The translations under genes were made by a program, and so were the position numbers. This document shows, piece by piece, positions 19,025 through 28,112 of a stretch of DNA of 64,000 nt; the first letter of the stretch is position 1, and every line of letters starts with the position of its first letter. The stretch is from positions 64,001 through 128,000 of IMG/VR virus record IMGVR_UViG_3300044568_004391. One strand, 5' to 3'. The notes under the pieces were generated by a model. The model was given only the letters and a program-made list of their open reading frames with translations, was not told the origin of the DNA and did not search any database. Source of the DNA: a virus.

Positions 19025-19486
19025 CTAGATCATACCCAAAGAAGTTTCTTTGGACTTCTTTCTAAGTTTCTTCAAGGTAGAGTAAAAAGGGTGGGATCTA
19101 TTTCCTCTGATGTTCAAAGGTAAGTTAAGTTCTTTGATCAATTTAGACTCTCTGTCTTCATAATCTTCACAAACTTCATATCTGACCTTCATCTCTTTCC
19201 TTAAGAACTCATCTACGATCTCTTTGGAAGAAACCATATTTCCCACCAAAAGGGCAGAGAGAGTTTGACGTAACGTAGACACAAATCCTGATCTAATGGA
19301 TGAATGGGAATGAGAGTCATTCAGGTGCCAATTCAGTCGTTCATTTATATTTTTGGCAAGACCGATATATACCAAGAACATATCATCTTCTTTCAAACAC
19401 TCGGACACATCAATCCCCAACTTCTCGGCACCATTTTTACTTACATACCAATAATAAACGCCGCTCAAAGAGGGGAAGTTCTCCAT
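19025..19486 (-). CDS. GIY-YIG nuclease family protein
   Basis: GVYYW..VYIGLAKNINERL, conserved E and C-terminal PLN. Confidence 0.75.
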   Translation of the reverse strand: MENFPSLSGVYYWYVSKNGAEKLGIDVSECLKEDDMFLVYIGLAKNINERLNWHLNDSHSHSSIRSGFVSTLRQTLSALLVGNMVSSKEIVDEFLRKEMKVRYEVCEDYEDRESKLIKELNLPLNIRGNRSHPFYSTLKKLRKKSKETSLGMI

Positions 19487-19508
19487 ATCACAATAATACG
19501 ACTTTTTT

Positions 19509-20630
19509 TTATTTTACACAAGTTTGTCCTATACCTGTTAAGAAAATTAAAAAGTCCTGTGAACTAACAAATCCATCGGCATCGAGATCACACTTATAAC
19601 ATTGACCACTTTCTGTGGTGGTTCCGTGACAACTCAAATAGATAAGAAAATCTTGTGAGGTGACTAAACCATCATTATCCAAATCCAATAAACAATTTAA
19701 AGAAAGAGTTTTGAATACATCTTTCCTGTTTTGGTTTACATAACTATGCATTCTGTTGATCTGACCATTGGTAAAACTGCGCCGACAATTATTGGCAAGG
19801 TAATCCATATGATTATCTTGGACATAACCAAACCAGGGATCAGATTCCAAAATGATCACATTACAACCTGGCGTGCAGTCGGGGACAAAGTTAGATCTTT
19901 GAAATGGTGGGGTGTCACAAACAAGATCTCCTGTCGTTCCGCAATCCAATCCATAATTTTCACAAGAGAACGCACCATTAAAGGTATGAAACAAACCAAG
20001 ATAATGACCGACCTCATGGACAAGAGTTGCGTTTCTGTGATATGAAGATGGGTTCAAAGAGAAGGTGGAAGTTCTAATCCAGATCCCGTCAGGTGGTTTG
20101 GGTGCGGGATTGATGATGGTTGCTCCGAAGGGTGGGATAAACGAAAAACCAAGAGAATTATATACTTTGGGTTGAATAAAGATATTGAGAGTTGTGTTGG
20201 GATTTACACTCATGGTATTACCAATTTCAAATAGTTTTGAAGAACCTGGCGGATACATAGCGGGAAGTTTGCTACTATTCATAGGTTCGGTCATATATTC
20301 TTGATACCAAGAGAAATCTTTCAGAGGTTTCCGATTGATTGAAACAAGAACAAATCTAAATTTTGCTTTATTGAATTTAATATTCAAATCATTTAGAGCA
20401 ACCAACAAGGTGGAGTCAGAAACATTCAACAACTGATCGTCATAGAGGACATGGAAGACGATGGGGATTTCTTTGTATGTAATCGGATCGGAGGATTTAT
20501 TGGATAGTCTAGCAGATTTACGAGACAAAGAAGAGAAATCTTTTTTGGAGGTTTGAGTTCCACATTCTTCTTGAGAGAAAGATCCAAATGATATAAAAGA
20601 CAAAAGTATTAATAAGATATAGTTTTTCAT
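19509..20630 (-). CDS. secreted M43 zinc metalloprotease with dockerin/EF-hand-like pair
   Basis: Signal peptide; HEVGHYLGLFHTF, CDTPP and NHMDY; DLDNDGLVTSQDF twice. Confidence 0.85.
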   Translation of the reverse strand: MKNYILLILLSFISFGSFSQEECGTQTSKKDFSSLSRKSARLSNKSSDPITYKEIPIVFHVLYDDQLLNVSDSTLLVALNDLNIKFNKAKFRFVLVSINRKPLKDFSWYQEYMTEPMNSSKLPAMYPPGSSKLFEIGNTMSVNPNTTLNIFIQPKVYNSLGFSFIPPFGATIINPAPKPPDGIWIRTSTFSLNPSSYHRNATLVHEVGHYLGLFHTFNGAFSCENYGLDCGTTGDLVCDTPPFQRSNFVPDCTPGCNVIILESDPWFGYVQDNHMDYLANNCRRSFTNGQINRMHSYVNQNRKDVFKTLSLNCLLDLDNDGLVTSQDFLIYLSCHGTTTESGQCYKCDLDADGFVSSQDFLIFLTGIGQTCVK

Positions 20631-20699
20631 ATTTTCATTCTTTATTTTTCAAAAGATAATCTATGGAAGATATATGTAAATTTTATTATTTTTAAACTT

Positions 20700-21050
20700 A
20701 TGAAAGTAATAATTGCAGGAGGTAGAAACTTCCGTGACTATGACAAATTAAAAGAGTCGTGTGATAATATATTGGTTAATCAAAAAGAGGTGGAGATTGT
20801 TTCAGGAACGGCGGCGGGGGCGGACACTCTCGGAGAGAGATATGCACAAGAGAAGGGTTACGAAGTAAAAAAATTTCCAGCTCAATGGGATCTATATGGA
20901 AAGAGTGCAGGATATAAAAGAAATCAACAGATGGCAGAATATGCGGATGGATTAATTGCGTTTTGGGATGGTAAGAGTAGGGGGACAAAACATATGATAG
21001 ATATTGCAAATAAGATGGGATTAAAAGTTAGGGTCGTAAGATATTTATAA
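20700..21050 (+). CDS. SLOG-superfamily protein (DUF2493/YspA-like)
   Basis: IIAGGRNF, IVSGTAAGAD, AGYKRNQQM and FWDGKSRGT motifs. Confidence 0.85.
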   Translation: MKVIIAGGRNFRDYDKLKESCDNILVNQKEVEIVSGTAAGADTLGERYAQEKGYEVKKFPAQWDLYGKSAGYKRNQQMAEYADGLIAFWDGKSRGTKHMIDIANKMGLKVRVVRYL

Positions 21051-21069
21051 ACATAAAATTTAAAAAAAA

Positions 21070-21711
21070 ATGAAAAATTTATTATTAACTATTTTGTCGG
21101 TATTTGTTTTGGTGGGATGTGGTCATAATTCTGAACCTGAAGATCAAGAAGTTTTGGTTCTTCACAAAGGTTTATATTCTTTTTGTGGTGCTTCGGGTGC
21201 TGAACCTACGGGTAAAAAAATAATTATTCAAGGTGTAGAGTTTGATGAAGGATGTGCAATTTGTCCTGTGATGGATGGATCATCAATTTCCAATTTAGCA
21301 ATGGAAGGTTCAGGTGGAACATGGGGAGATTTTAATGTGAGAGAAAATCAGCAAACTCCTGATGGTACAAATAAAACAACATGGTCATTCTTTTGGTTTT
21401 TCGGATCCAACGATACTGTTCCACAATTCAACCCCGAAACCAAAGAATGGGAATGGTTGGCACCTGTTAATCGTTCATTTGTCGTAAACACAGATGCGGA
21501 TAGTACGAGTATGAGTAATATGTTCGCAATGCCATGTGAGATTATCGATACTCTCGATAATGGAATTATTTTATCTAAGTGTTATGGTCCATTGAATGAA
21601 GCGGCAGTTCCATTACGTAAACCTATAAAAGTAAAAAGTGGTATGACATCTGTTACTGCAGCTAAGAAAGGTTTTCCTTATCCTGTAGGTACACCAATAC
21701 CTGTAAAATAA
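21070..21711 (+). CDS. Cys-rich lipoprotein
   Basis: Lipobox LVGC; TATTTAT at 21042. Confidence 0.65.
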   Translation: MKNLLLTILSVFVLVGCGHNSEPEDQEVLVLHKGLYSFCGASGAEPTGKKIIIQGVEFDEGCAICPVMDGSSISNLAMEGSGGTWGDFNVRENQQTPDGTNKTTWSFFWFFGSNDTVPQFNPETKEWEWLAPVNRSFVVNTDADSTSMSNMFAMPCEIIDTLDNGIILSKCYGPLNEAAVPLRKPIKVKSGMTSVTAAKKGFPYPVGTPIPVK

Positions 21712-21729
21712 ATTAGGATAGATTTATTC

Positions 21730-21759
21730 AAAACCTCTCCATTACGGAGGGGTTTTTTT
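21730..21759 (+). terminator. intrinsic terminator
   Basis: aaacctctcc-attac-ggaggggttt. Confidence 0.8.
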
Positions 21760-21808
21760 CTCACACGAATATTTATTAATATTGGATTACAAATACCAAA
21801 TTTATAAG

Positions 21809-22741
21809 ATGCCAACACAAGATCAAATTAACAAAGTAAAATCAAATTTAAGAAACCTTATGGACTTAAATTCTGACATTCTTGTGAATGGTAATCTCAA
21901 AATAGAAAACGCATTTGCTCTTTTATCCATCCAAGACAATAAAGATTTAGGAGTCCAAATCGGAATCAATATTTTAGATGGATCATTTTGGGCAGCATCC
22001 GACGGGGTTACTCAAATCGCCGCCAATTTTTGTTGTGGAGTTGTTTCAAGATATTCAACCAATACGCCACCGAGTCTTTTAAGTGCGACAAGCCGTCTTA
22101 TAGAAAGATTCCAAAATACCTCCAATCAATTTCAGTTAGATTTACAAACATTCTATGATGATCCAACCACATATTGGGACACAGTTTATGAAGGACAAGT
22201 CAACACCGCATTCGGAACTTACACAGTCTCGGGAAAACTATCTGATTTATCAACGGTAGATGTACCAGCCAAAACTGATACAGGTTATACTGACATTATG
22301 CTTCAAGCGGTTTTTGGTCTTGATCAACAAGTATGGAATACACTTTTACCTAATTTTGAAATTACAGCATGGTATCCAAGTAATCAATGTGATGATAGGA
22401 TTTCTGAGTGTAACGAAAATTCCTTTATTTCCAATGCAAGTGAATGGTATATTGAAAACCCGGCATATTGGCAATACTGGCAATGGTATCAGGATATTGG
22501 AATCTTCGGAGGAAAAAAAGATCACGGGGTATGGTACATTACAAACTATAGTATAGGAACAGGATGGTCGATTGGATCATACGGTAATTTAAGTGACGAC
22601 GCTTGTAACTATTTATTTAATGATCTATATAACGGAGTTCCCAATCCAAACGCACCATTCGGAGGAGGATTATTCCCAAGAGAGTTTGTATTTAATAATA
22701 TGCCGAACATTAAAAAAACTTCACATACATTTAGTCATTAA
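21809..22741 (+). CDS. hypothetical protein
   Basis: Long ORF; likely start MPTQDQINK; TATTTAT at 21770. Confidence 0.65.
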   Translation: MPTQDQINKVKSNLRNLMDLNSDILVNGNLKIENAFALLSIQDNKDLGVQIGINILDGSFWAASDGVTQIAANFCCGVVSRYSTNTPPSLLSATSRLIERFQNTSNQFQLDLQTFYDDPTTYWDTVYEGQVNTAFGTYTVSGKLSDLSTVDVPAKTDTGYTDIMLQAVFGLDQQVWNTLLPNFEITAWYPSNQCDDRISECNENSFISNASEWYIENPAYWQYWQWYQDIGIFGGKKDHGVWYITNYSIGTGWSIGSYGNLSDDACNYLFNDLYNGVPNPNAPFGGGLFPREFVFNNMPNIKKTSHTFSH

Positions 22742-22742
22742 A

Positions 22743-23243
22743 ATGAATCTACAAGAACAACTATCAAAAATGAAATCAATGATGGGGATCATTAAGGAAG
22801 ATGATAATCAAAGAGTTCATTTTGATATGCAAGATTTATTGGACAGAGGAATTATCTTTATAACACAAGCCCACGATTTATCTACAGGTGAAATGATTCC
22901 ACCACAAGAAGATCCTCAAACAGGTGAAATATACAACGATTCAACAAATTTAATTACCTTATGGAATGTAACTCATCCAGAAGAAGGTGAACAAGATTTT
23001 ATTTCAAAGGCATTAGAACATCCAAGACCTGACCAAATTTCATATTGGCAAAACGCGCAAAATCAATTAAGTCAGGAAAAATATGATCAGATATTAAGAA
23101 GTATTGAATTACAAAATAAAAACTCAGCCGAACTAACGGAGGGAGAATTAACTGAAAGATGTTGGAAAGGATATACCCAAAAGGGTATGAAAACTATGTT
23201 CGGAAAGAAATACCCTAACTGTGTAAAGAAAACAAAAAAATGA
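22743..23243 (+). CDS. leader-bearing protein with C-terminal CWKGY..PNCV mini-domain
   Basis: Start MNLQEQLSKMKSMMGIIKE, matching the 23240 leader. Confidence 0.75.
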   Translation: MNLQEQLSKMKSMMGIIKEDDNQRVHFDMQDLLDRGIIFITQAHDLSTGEMIPPQEDPQTGEIYNDSTNLITLWNVTHPEEGEQDFISKALEHPRPDQISYWQNAQNQLSQEKYDQILRSIELQNKNSAELTEGELTERCWKGYTQKGMKTMFGKKYPNCVKKTKK

Positions 23244-23620
23244 AATTACAAGAACAATTATCAAGAATGAAATCAATGATGGGGATCATCAAAGAGAATG
23301 AGGCAACTGAACTCATACAAGATATGGTGGATGAGGTTTTGGAGTCATTAAGAAAGTATGCTAATGATGCGGATGACTTAGAAGACATAACAACCATAAG
23401 AATAATTAACTCCATAGATAAAATCCAAGTAACCGATTTCACAACAAATAGGTTTGAACCCAATATACATCTTGTAATTTATCAAAACAAAGACATCTCA
23501 AACTATGATTTAGTATTGGAACAAATGTATTCAAAGTTCAATACCCTCATCCCAAATCTATTAATACAGATAGATGATGTGATCAACAGCGAAACAGGAC
23601 AATCTGTATACGGATTTTAA
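23240..23620 (+). CDS. leader-bearing hypothetical protein
   Basis: MKLQEQLSRMKSMMGIIKE. Confidence 0.75.
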   Translation: MKLQEQLSRMKSMMGIIKENEATELIQDMVDEVLESLRKYANDADDLEDITTIRIINSIDKIQVTDFTTNRFEPNIHLVIYQNKDISNYDLVLEQMYSKFNTLIPNLLIQIDDVINSETGQSVYGF

Positions 23621-23642
23621 AGTTTCGTAAGAAACGATTTTT

Positions 23643-23969
23643 TTAAGGTCTCCATCTTTTCTGTGATACATCCTTTCTAACCATCAAAAAGGCAATCAAA
23701 GGATATATAACACACCCGTATATTCCAAGAGTCATTGCGTAAGACCACAAGTCCACTTTATATGGTATTAACTTTACAATTATAAGAGTAAAGATACACC
23801 CAAGAACGAGTTTTAAAAACATTCCCGTCTGAATAAAATATATGGAAGATATTCCTTCTATATTTTTAGCATACCATATAAAACCTACACCAATAATGGT
23901 TAAGATTGTACATACAATCAAACCCGCAATTAATCCACTCATAGTTTCATTCGTTTTAAAGTGATCCAA
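23643..23969 (-). CDS. three-TM membrane protein
   Basis: Three hydrophobic segments. Confidence 0.6.
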   Translation of the reverse strand: MDHFKTNETMSGLIAGLIVCTILTIIGVGFIWYAKNIEGISSIYFIQTGMFLKLVLGCIFTLIIVKLIPYKVDLWSYAMTLGIYGCVIYPLIAFLMVRKDVSQKRWRP

Positions 23970-24003
23970 TACTAACAGATAATATATAGATAATCAATAT
24001 GTC

Positions 24004-24096
24004 GGGTAATTAATAATACTATTCTCTCCACATTTCACTTCGTGAACCACTCCACTTCGTTCCGTTATGTTTCGTTCATACTATTATTAATTACCC
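24004..24096. repeat. 15-bp perfect inverted repeat enclosing short (C)TTCGT repeats
   Basis: gggtaattaataata ... tattattaattaccc. Confidence 0.8.
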
Positions 24097-24258
24097 ACCC
24101 CTTTATTTGTCCCACCTCCTGAAGTCCCACCCTGAAGAGACTGATAATGTAGGGAAACTTACAGATAAGGATGGTTCCCATCCTTTACTATGAAGAGTTT
24201 CCATATGTAGTGTTTCTCGAATTATAACATAGGGAAGGGACTCTTCGAGTCAAGGATA

Positions 24259-24274
24259 TGTTTCCCGTGAAACA
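24259..24274. promoter_or_regulatory. parS: parS-like site (ParB/Spo0J binding)
   Basis: TGTTTCCCGTGAAACA matches the chromosomal consensus TGTTTCACGTGAAACA at 15/16; non-coding. Confidence 0.7.
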
Positions 24275-24644
24275 TGTTAGTATGTCAGTCTGACACCCCC
24301 ACTTTTTTATTTGAGAACTACTGAAGAGGGATAAATTTGACCCTCTAAAGTTGGGGAATTTAAAGGAACTTCGTTCTCACGCCCCTTCAGGGGGGATATT
24401 CTTTTTTTTGCTGTAAATAATTACCATCTAATTTTTCCTTGCTGGCACTACTGCCAGAGGGGATTTTTTCCCCTTCTTACTATCAAGAACGACAATATGG
24501 TGGTATAAAGTGGGGGAAGGTGGGAACAAATGGGAGGACAAAATATGGGGGGTGGGATTATCCCATCCCGCAGTCGAGACTGACATTTTGTCATTTCCAA
24601 ATATTTCAGGTTATTTTTTTATTAAAAATTACCCCTCTTTATAC

Positions 24645-25007
24645 TCAGGGGACTAAGTATACTATTGTTTTAGAAGGTCTCCAATCTTGTATTTCAAAAT
24701 CTGTAACCTTATTGATATCCAAGTAATCGGATAAGATGGGTGATATTGATATTATGAATTTTTCAATAAAGGTAAAAAAATCCTCTTCGTTTAAAGTATT
24801 TTTGATAATTCCGTAGGCGGGTAGTGTGTCATATATATCAAATCTACCCAACACATCAATAGAATTATATTCTTCATATGTAAAGATATGAGTTTGATCC
24901 ACATAATAAAATACTGTTATATTACCTCTTGAATCTCTGTGGGGAACTAATCTCCCACCTTTAAGTTCAGATAGAACTAGGGATATGAGTTTATCAATTT
25001 TTTTCAT
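24645..25007 (-). CDS. paralog family A member (MKKIDKLISLVLSELKGGRL)
   Basis: Shared N-terminus with neighbouring genes; ATG at 25007. Confidence 0.7.
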   Translation of the reverse strand: MKKIDKLISLVLSELKGGRLVPHRDSRGNITVFYYVDQTHIFTYEEYNSIDVLGRFDIYDTLPAYGIIKNTLNEEDFFTFIEKFIISISPILSDYLDINKVTDFEIQDWRPSKTIVYLVP

Positions 25008-25401
25008 GATCGAAATATACTCTTGAGTAACCCCATTGGTCATAGAGATCATTTACATGTATGATGTTCACTTTGTTTATATCCACAATTTCAGAAAATA
25101 TGGGAAGGATTGCCATGGTTAATTTCTCGATAAACTCTTTTAATTCTTCTTTTGAGACGGAAGACAAGATTATTTTAAAGTGGGGTATATTACCATAGAT
25201 GTTAAGAAAGTTTTCTCCGAGTCCTCTGGGAGCAAAACTTCGTTGTAAATATAATACCATTTCTTTATCGACATAATAATAACCCAACCTTTTTCCGTAT
25301 GGATTAAACTCTGATTCACCTGCGGGTCTAAGTTCTTTATATAATCTCCCACCTTCGAGTTCGGGAAGGACCAACTTAACGAGTTTATCTAATTTATTCA
25401 T
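24994..25401 (-). CDS. paralog family A member (MNKLDKLVKLVLPELEGGRL)
   Basis: Shares FIEK..PI.S...DINKV with 24645. Confidence 0.7.
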   Translation of the reverse strand: MNKLDKLVKLVLPELEGGRLYKELRPAGESEFNPYGKRLGYYYVDKEMVLYLQRSFAPRGLGENFLNIYGNIPHFKIILSSVSKEELKEFIEKLTMAILPIFSEIVDINKVNIIHVNDLYDQWGYSRVYFDHEKN

Positions 25402-25775
25402 TTTAAGTTATAGTATACAATTGTTTTTTCATGTCTTACCTCCGCCACCCTTATGGACGATATATCTTCGGGATCCAAGACTTCCGAGAAGTAGGGTAGA
25501 ATTAGTTTTGCAAATTCTTCCATCAGTTCATAGAATTCTTTTGGGGGTAATGATGACAATAACAAACTATAGGTGGGGAGATTATCGGTAATAAATAAAG
25601 CCCAATAATCAGAACGGTTAAGATAAAATTTGTCTAGCTGTAAGTGGCAAATAGTTTCATGTTCTTTATTATAAAGAATGGCTATTGTGTATTCTGTGTC
25701 TTCAACCACTTTTACATGCAAGTCATCTTGAATTTCAGATAGAATTACTTTTGCGAGTTTGTTGATCTTATTCAT
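25398..25775 (-). CDS. paralog family A member (MNKINKLAKVILSEI)
   Basis: Tandem, translationally coupled. Confidence 0.7.
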   Translation of the reverse strand: MNKINKLAKVILSEIQDDLHVKVVEDTEYTIAILYNKEHETICHLQLDKFYLNRSDYWALFITDNLPTYSLLLSSLPPKEFYELMEEFAKLILPYFSEVLDPEDISSIRVAEVRHEKTIVYYNLK

Positions 25776-26128
25776 CTGTATACAATATAAGATATAAAAT
25801 GGTTGGGATAGATGCTCGACACCACCACCTCACCGTAATAATCTATTAAGTCGGGAAGGATCACATATGCGATTTTCAATGCAAAGATTTCCTGATCGGT
25901 CCTATCAAGCAAACCCAGAATCATATTCATATTTTCAATCCGAGCGGAAACGATCCTGAGTTCATAATAACTGCTGTCCTGATCATCAAGCAGTGTGGCG
26001 ATTATCCTCCCCGAAGGGTCCCTCAAATCAGAAACAGTATTGTGATCATTGTAGTGCTTGCTTTTTACAAGATCCAAATTCTCTAACTCAGGTATCATGA
26101 GAGAAACGAGTTTGTCTATCTTCTTCAT
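25772..26128 (-). CDS. paralog family A member (MKKIDKLVSLMIPEL)
   Basis: First gene of the run; TATTTAT at 26134-26140. Confidence 0.7.
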   Translation of the reverse strand: MKKIDKLVSLMIPELENLDLVKSKHYNDHNTVSDLRDPSGRIIATLLDDQDSSYYELRIVSARIENMNMILGLLDRTDQEIFALKIAYVILPDLIDYYGEVVVSSIYPNHFISYIVYR

Positions 26129-26269
26129 AACAGATAAATATACAAAAAAAATAATTGATAAAAAAATTGGATCTTAATTTTTTTCGCCGTAACTTAGCAT
26201 CATCTGACTAACCGAGAGGGGAGCAAGTATACTCCAACCTGCTTTATATTTTTTATAAAGGGGTGGGGA

Positions 26270-26626
26270 TTAAGTAAACCAATATTCACCTCCACCCACC
26301 TTTCCCTGAAAAGTTAAATCCTGTGGGTAAACCTTCTTCGGGATCCTTGTTCCCAACATAGAAACCATTTTCTTGAATACTCCCTTGACAACCTTAAACA
26401 TATCAGTCCATTCCAACATATTGACAACACCATTGGATTCAATAAAGTCCTTCTCAAAATAAAACTCCGATCCTATCCTATATGTGAAAAAACCAACCAA
26501 CTGACCATCCTTCCTAACAAATAACTGATTGTATCCATGCAACATATTCGGTTCCCTGATCTCAACCTCCAACGGTCCATCATCCAAGATAGAGTCAACC
26601 AATGTATTTAATTGTCTCTCTGTCAT
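26270..26626 (-). CDS. paralog family B member (MTERQLNTLVDSIL)
   Basis: Shares N-terminus and SNGV..ML with 26628. Confidence 0.7.
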   Translation of the reverse strand: MTERQLNTLVDSILDDGPLEVEIREPNMLHGYNQLFVRKDGQLVGFFTYRIGSEFYFEKDFIESNGVVNMLEWTDMFKVVKGVFKKMVSMLGTRIPKKVYPQDLTFQGKVGGGEYWFT

Positions 26627-26627
26627 T

Positions 26628-26966
26628 TCAATTCCTTGTAAATAAATACCCACCCGTAAGTTTACAACAATATTCTAAACTATCCAATATAGATGGGTTG
26701 GGTATATATTCTTTAACAATAGAAGCAACCCTTCCGTATAAACCATAAAGAAGTTCTATCTGATCCTCCTCCTTTAACATATCAAATACACCATTGGATT
26801 TAACAAACTCAGGCCATAAGAAAAAGTTAATGTCACCACCATACGCAGCAACCCAATCACCATCTTGAGTTTGAACATTACACCTCCCTTCTTCACCAAC
26901 ATTAACAACTAATTCATTGTCACCTATTATGCTTTCAACCAAAGTATTTAATTGTCTCTCTGTCAT
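26628..26966 (-). CDS. paralog family B member (MTERQLNTLVESII)
   Basis: TATTTAT at 26985-26991. Confidence 0.7.
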   Translation of the reverse strand: MTERQLNTLVESIIGDNELVVNVGEEGRCNVQTQDGDWVAAYGGDINFFLWPEFVKSNGVFDMLKEEDQIELLYGLYGRVASIVKEYIPNPSILDSLEYCCKLTGGYLFTRN

Positions 26967-27030
26967 ATCATTACTATTGATAATATAAATACCAATACAT
27001 AATAAATTTGGAATTGTCAAATATTCTATT

Positions 27031-27172
27031 ACAGGGGGGATCAGGTGTTAGGGGATGGGTAAACCCCCTCCATACCCTATTGACCCCCCCTCCCCCTCCG
27101 TATGCCCCCCATATACCCCCCTAAGATGGGTCAAAAAGGGGGTTTAATCCCCTCTATAAAGTTTTCCCCCCT
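27031..27172. other. G/C homopolymer-run non-coding tract at strand divergence
   Basis: More than 10 runs of C3-7 or G3-6 in an AT-rich genome. Confidence 0.7.
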
Positions 27173-27237
27173 GAAAGTGAAAAAAATGTTTATAAAATTT
27201 TTTGGAAAAATTTGGGATTTTTGTCTTATATGTTTTT

Positions 27238-27302
27238 GGAAACATTGACCCCCTCTTTAAGAATGATCTGTATATATGAAATAAAAATTTTTGGAAAAAT
27301 TT
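27238..27302 (+). repeat. ~65-bp dispersed repeat, copy 1 (ATTGACCCC..TGAAATAAAATTTYTGGAAAAATTT)
   Basis: Second copy at 28048-28112; core also at 27194-27213 and 30463-30483. Confidence 0.75.
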
Positions 27303-27342
27303 ACAAAATCGGGTTTTATATATATGATTGAAAAAAAACAAT

Positions 27343-28011
27343 ATGTTAGAAAATTTCAAATGGGGGAGTCAAGATTCTGAGACACAAAATTACTGTATAA
27401 ATGAAATTTTGGAAAACAACACATATTCAAAAATCTTCAATGTTGATCAAGGGGATATTGTTGTTGATTTGGGAGGGTCTAATGGGATCTTTAGTTATTC
27501 CATTTTAAATCGTAAACCTATGTTTATCTATGTTCTTGAGGCTATATCCGATCAGGTTAAATTAATTGATGAGAATTTAGGAGAATATCCTCACTTATCT
27601 ATTCACGGGGCACTTTCTGAAAAGAAGACAATTAAGGAAATCAGGTGGGGGTCTTATGTTGATTATAATATCCCAACTTTTTCATTTGAAGAATTTATTC
27701 ACGGGTTTAATATCCCAAAGATTGATTTCTTCAAGGTGGATATAGAGGGTGGGGAGTATGATATATTTAAAAAAGAACATATTGATTATTTGTTATCCAT
27801 TCCAAAGATCGTTTGTGAGTTTCATCTTCATAGGGACGAGAGTTTGAATAACTGTAAATTCAGATATTTCAGGGACAATATCTTACCCAACTTTTCTAAC
27901 TTCCATGTTTTTTCCTTGGACGGTGCTGATATTAAGTGGGATCTATGGAACGAACATTTTTTGGAATATTATACCGAAGTAATTTTTCATTTTGATAATA
28001 GGACACATTGA
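27343..28011 (+). CDS. FkbM-family methyltransferase
   Basis: VVDLGGSNGIFS and IDFFKVDIEGGEY motifs. Confidence 0.85.
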   Translation: MLENFKWGSQDSETQNYCINEILENNTYSKIFNVDQGDIVVDLGGSNGIFSYSILNRKPMFIYVLEAISDQVKLIDENLGEYPHLSIHGALSEKKTIKEIRWGSYVDYNIPTFSFEEFIHGFNIPKIDFFKVDIEGGEYDIFKKEHIDYLLSIPKIVCEFHLHRDESLNNCKFRYFRDNILPNFSNFHVFSLDGADIKWDLWNEHFLEYYTEVIFHFDNRTH

Positions 28012-28016
28012 TTTTT

Positions 28017-28042
28017 AACCCCTCTTAAGTGAGGGGTTTTTT
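28017..28042 (+). terminator. intrinsic terminator
   Basis: aacccctc-ttaagt-gaggggtt plus T-tract. Confidence 0.8.
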
Positions 28043-28047
28043 ATTTC

Positions 28048-28112
28048 TGAAATATTGACCCCTCCTTTATTATGGGGATGGGAAATCTGAAATAAAATTT
28101 CTGGAAAAATTT
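28048..28112 (+). repeat. ~65-bp dispersed repeat, copy 2
   Basis: Matches 27238-27302 at both ends. Confidence 0.75.

Noticed and set aside
19025-19486. GIY-YIG gene as an intron-encoded homing endonuclease or mobile element
   Set aside because: Free-standing, with no interrupted gene, intron structure or terminal repeats seen; the short GC-rich stretch at 18981-19012 is too small to interpret.
24439-24726. 95-aa plus-strand ORF
   Set aside because: TTG start, runs through palindromes and G-runs, and overlaps a real minus-strand gene.
27144-27359. 71-aa minus-strand ORF
   Set aside because: Phe/Lys-rich translation of the repeated AAAATTT..GGAAAAATTT boxes.
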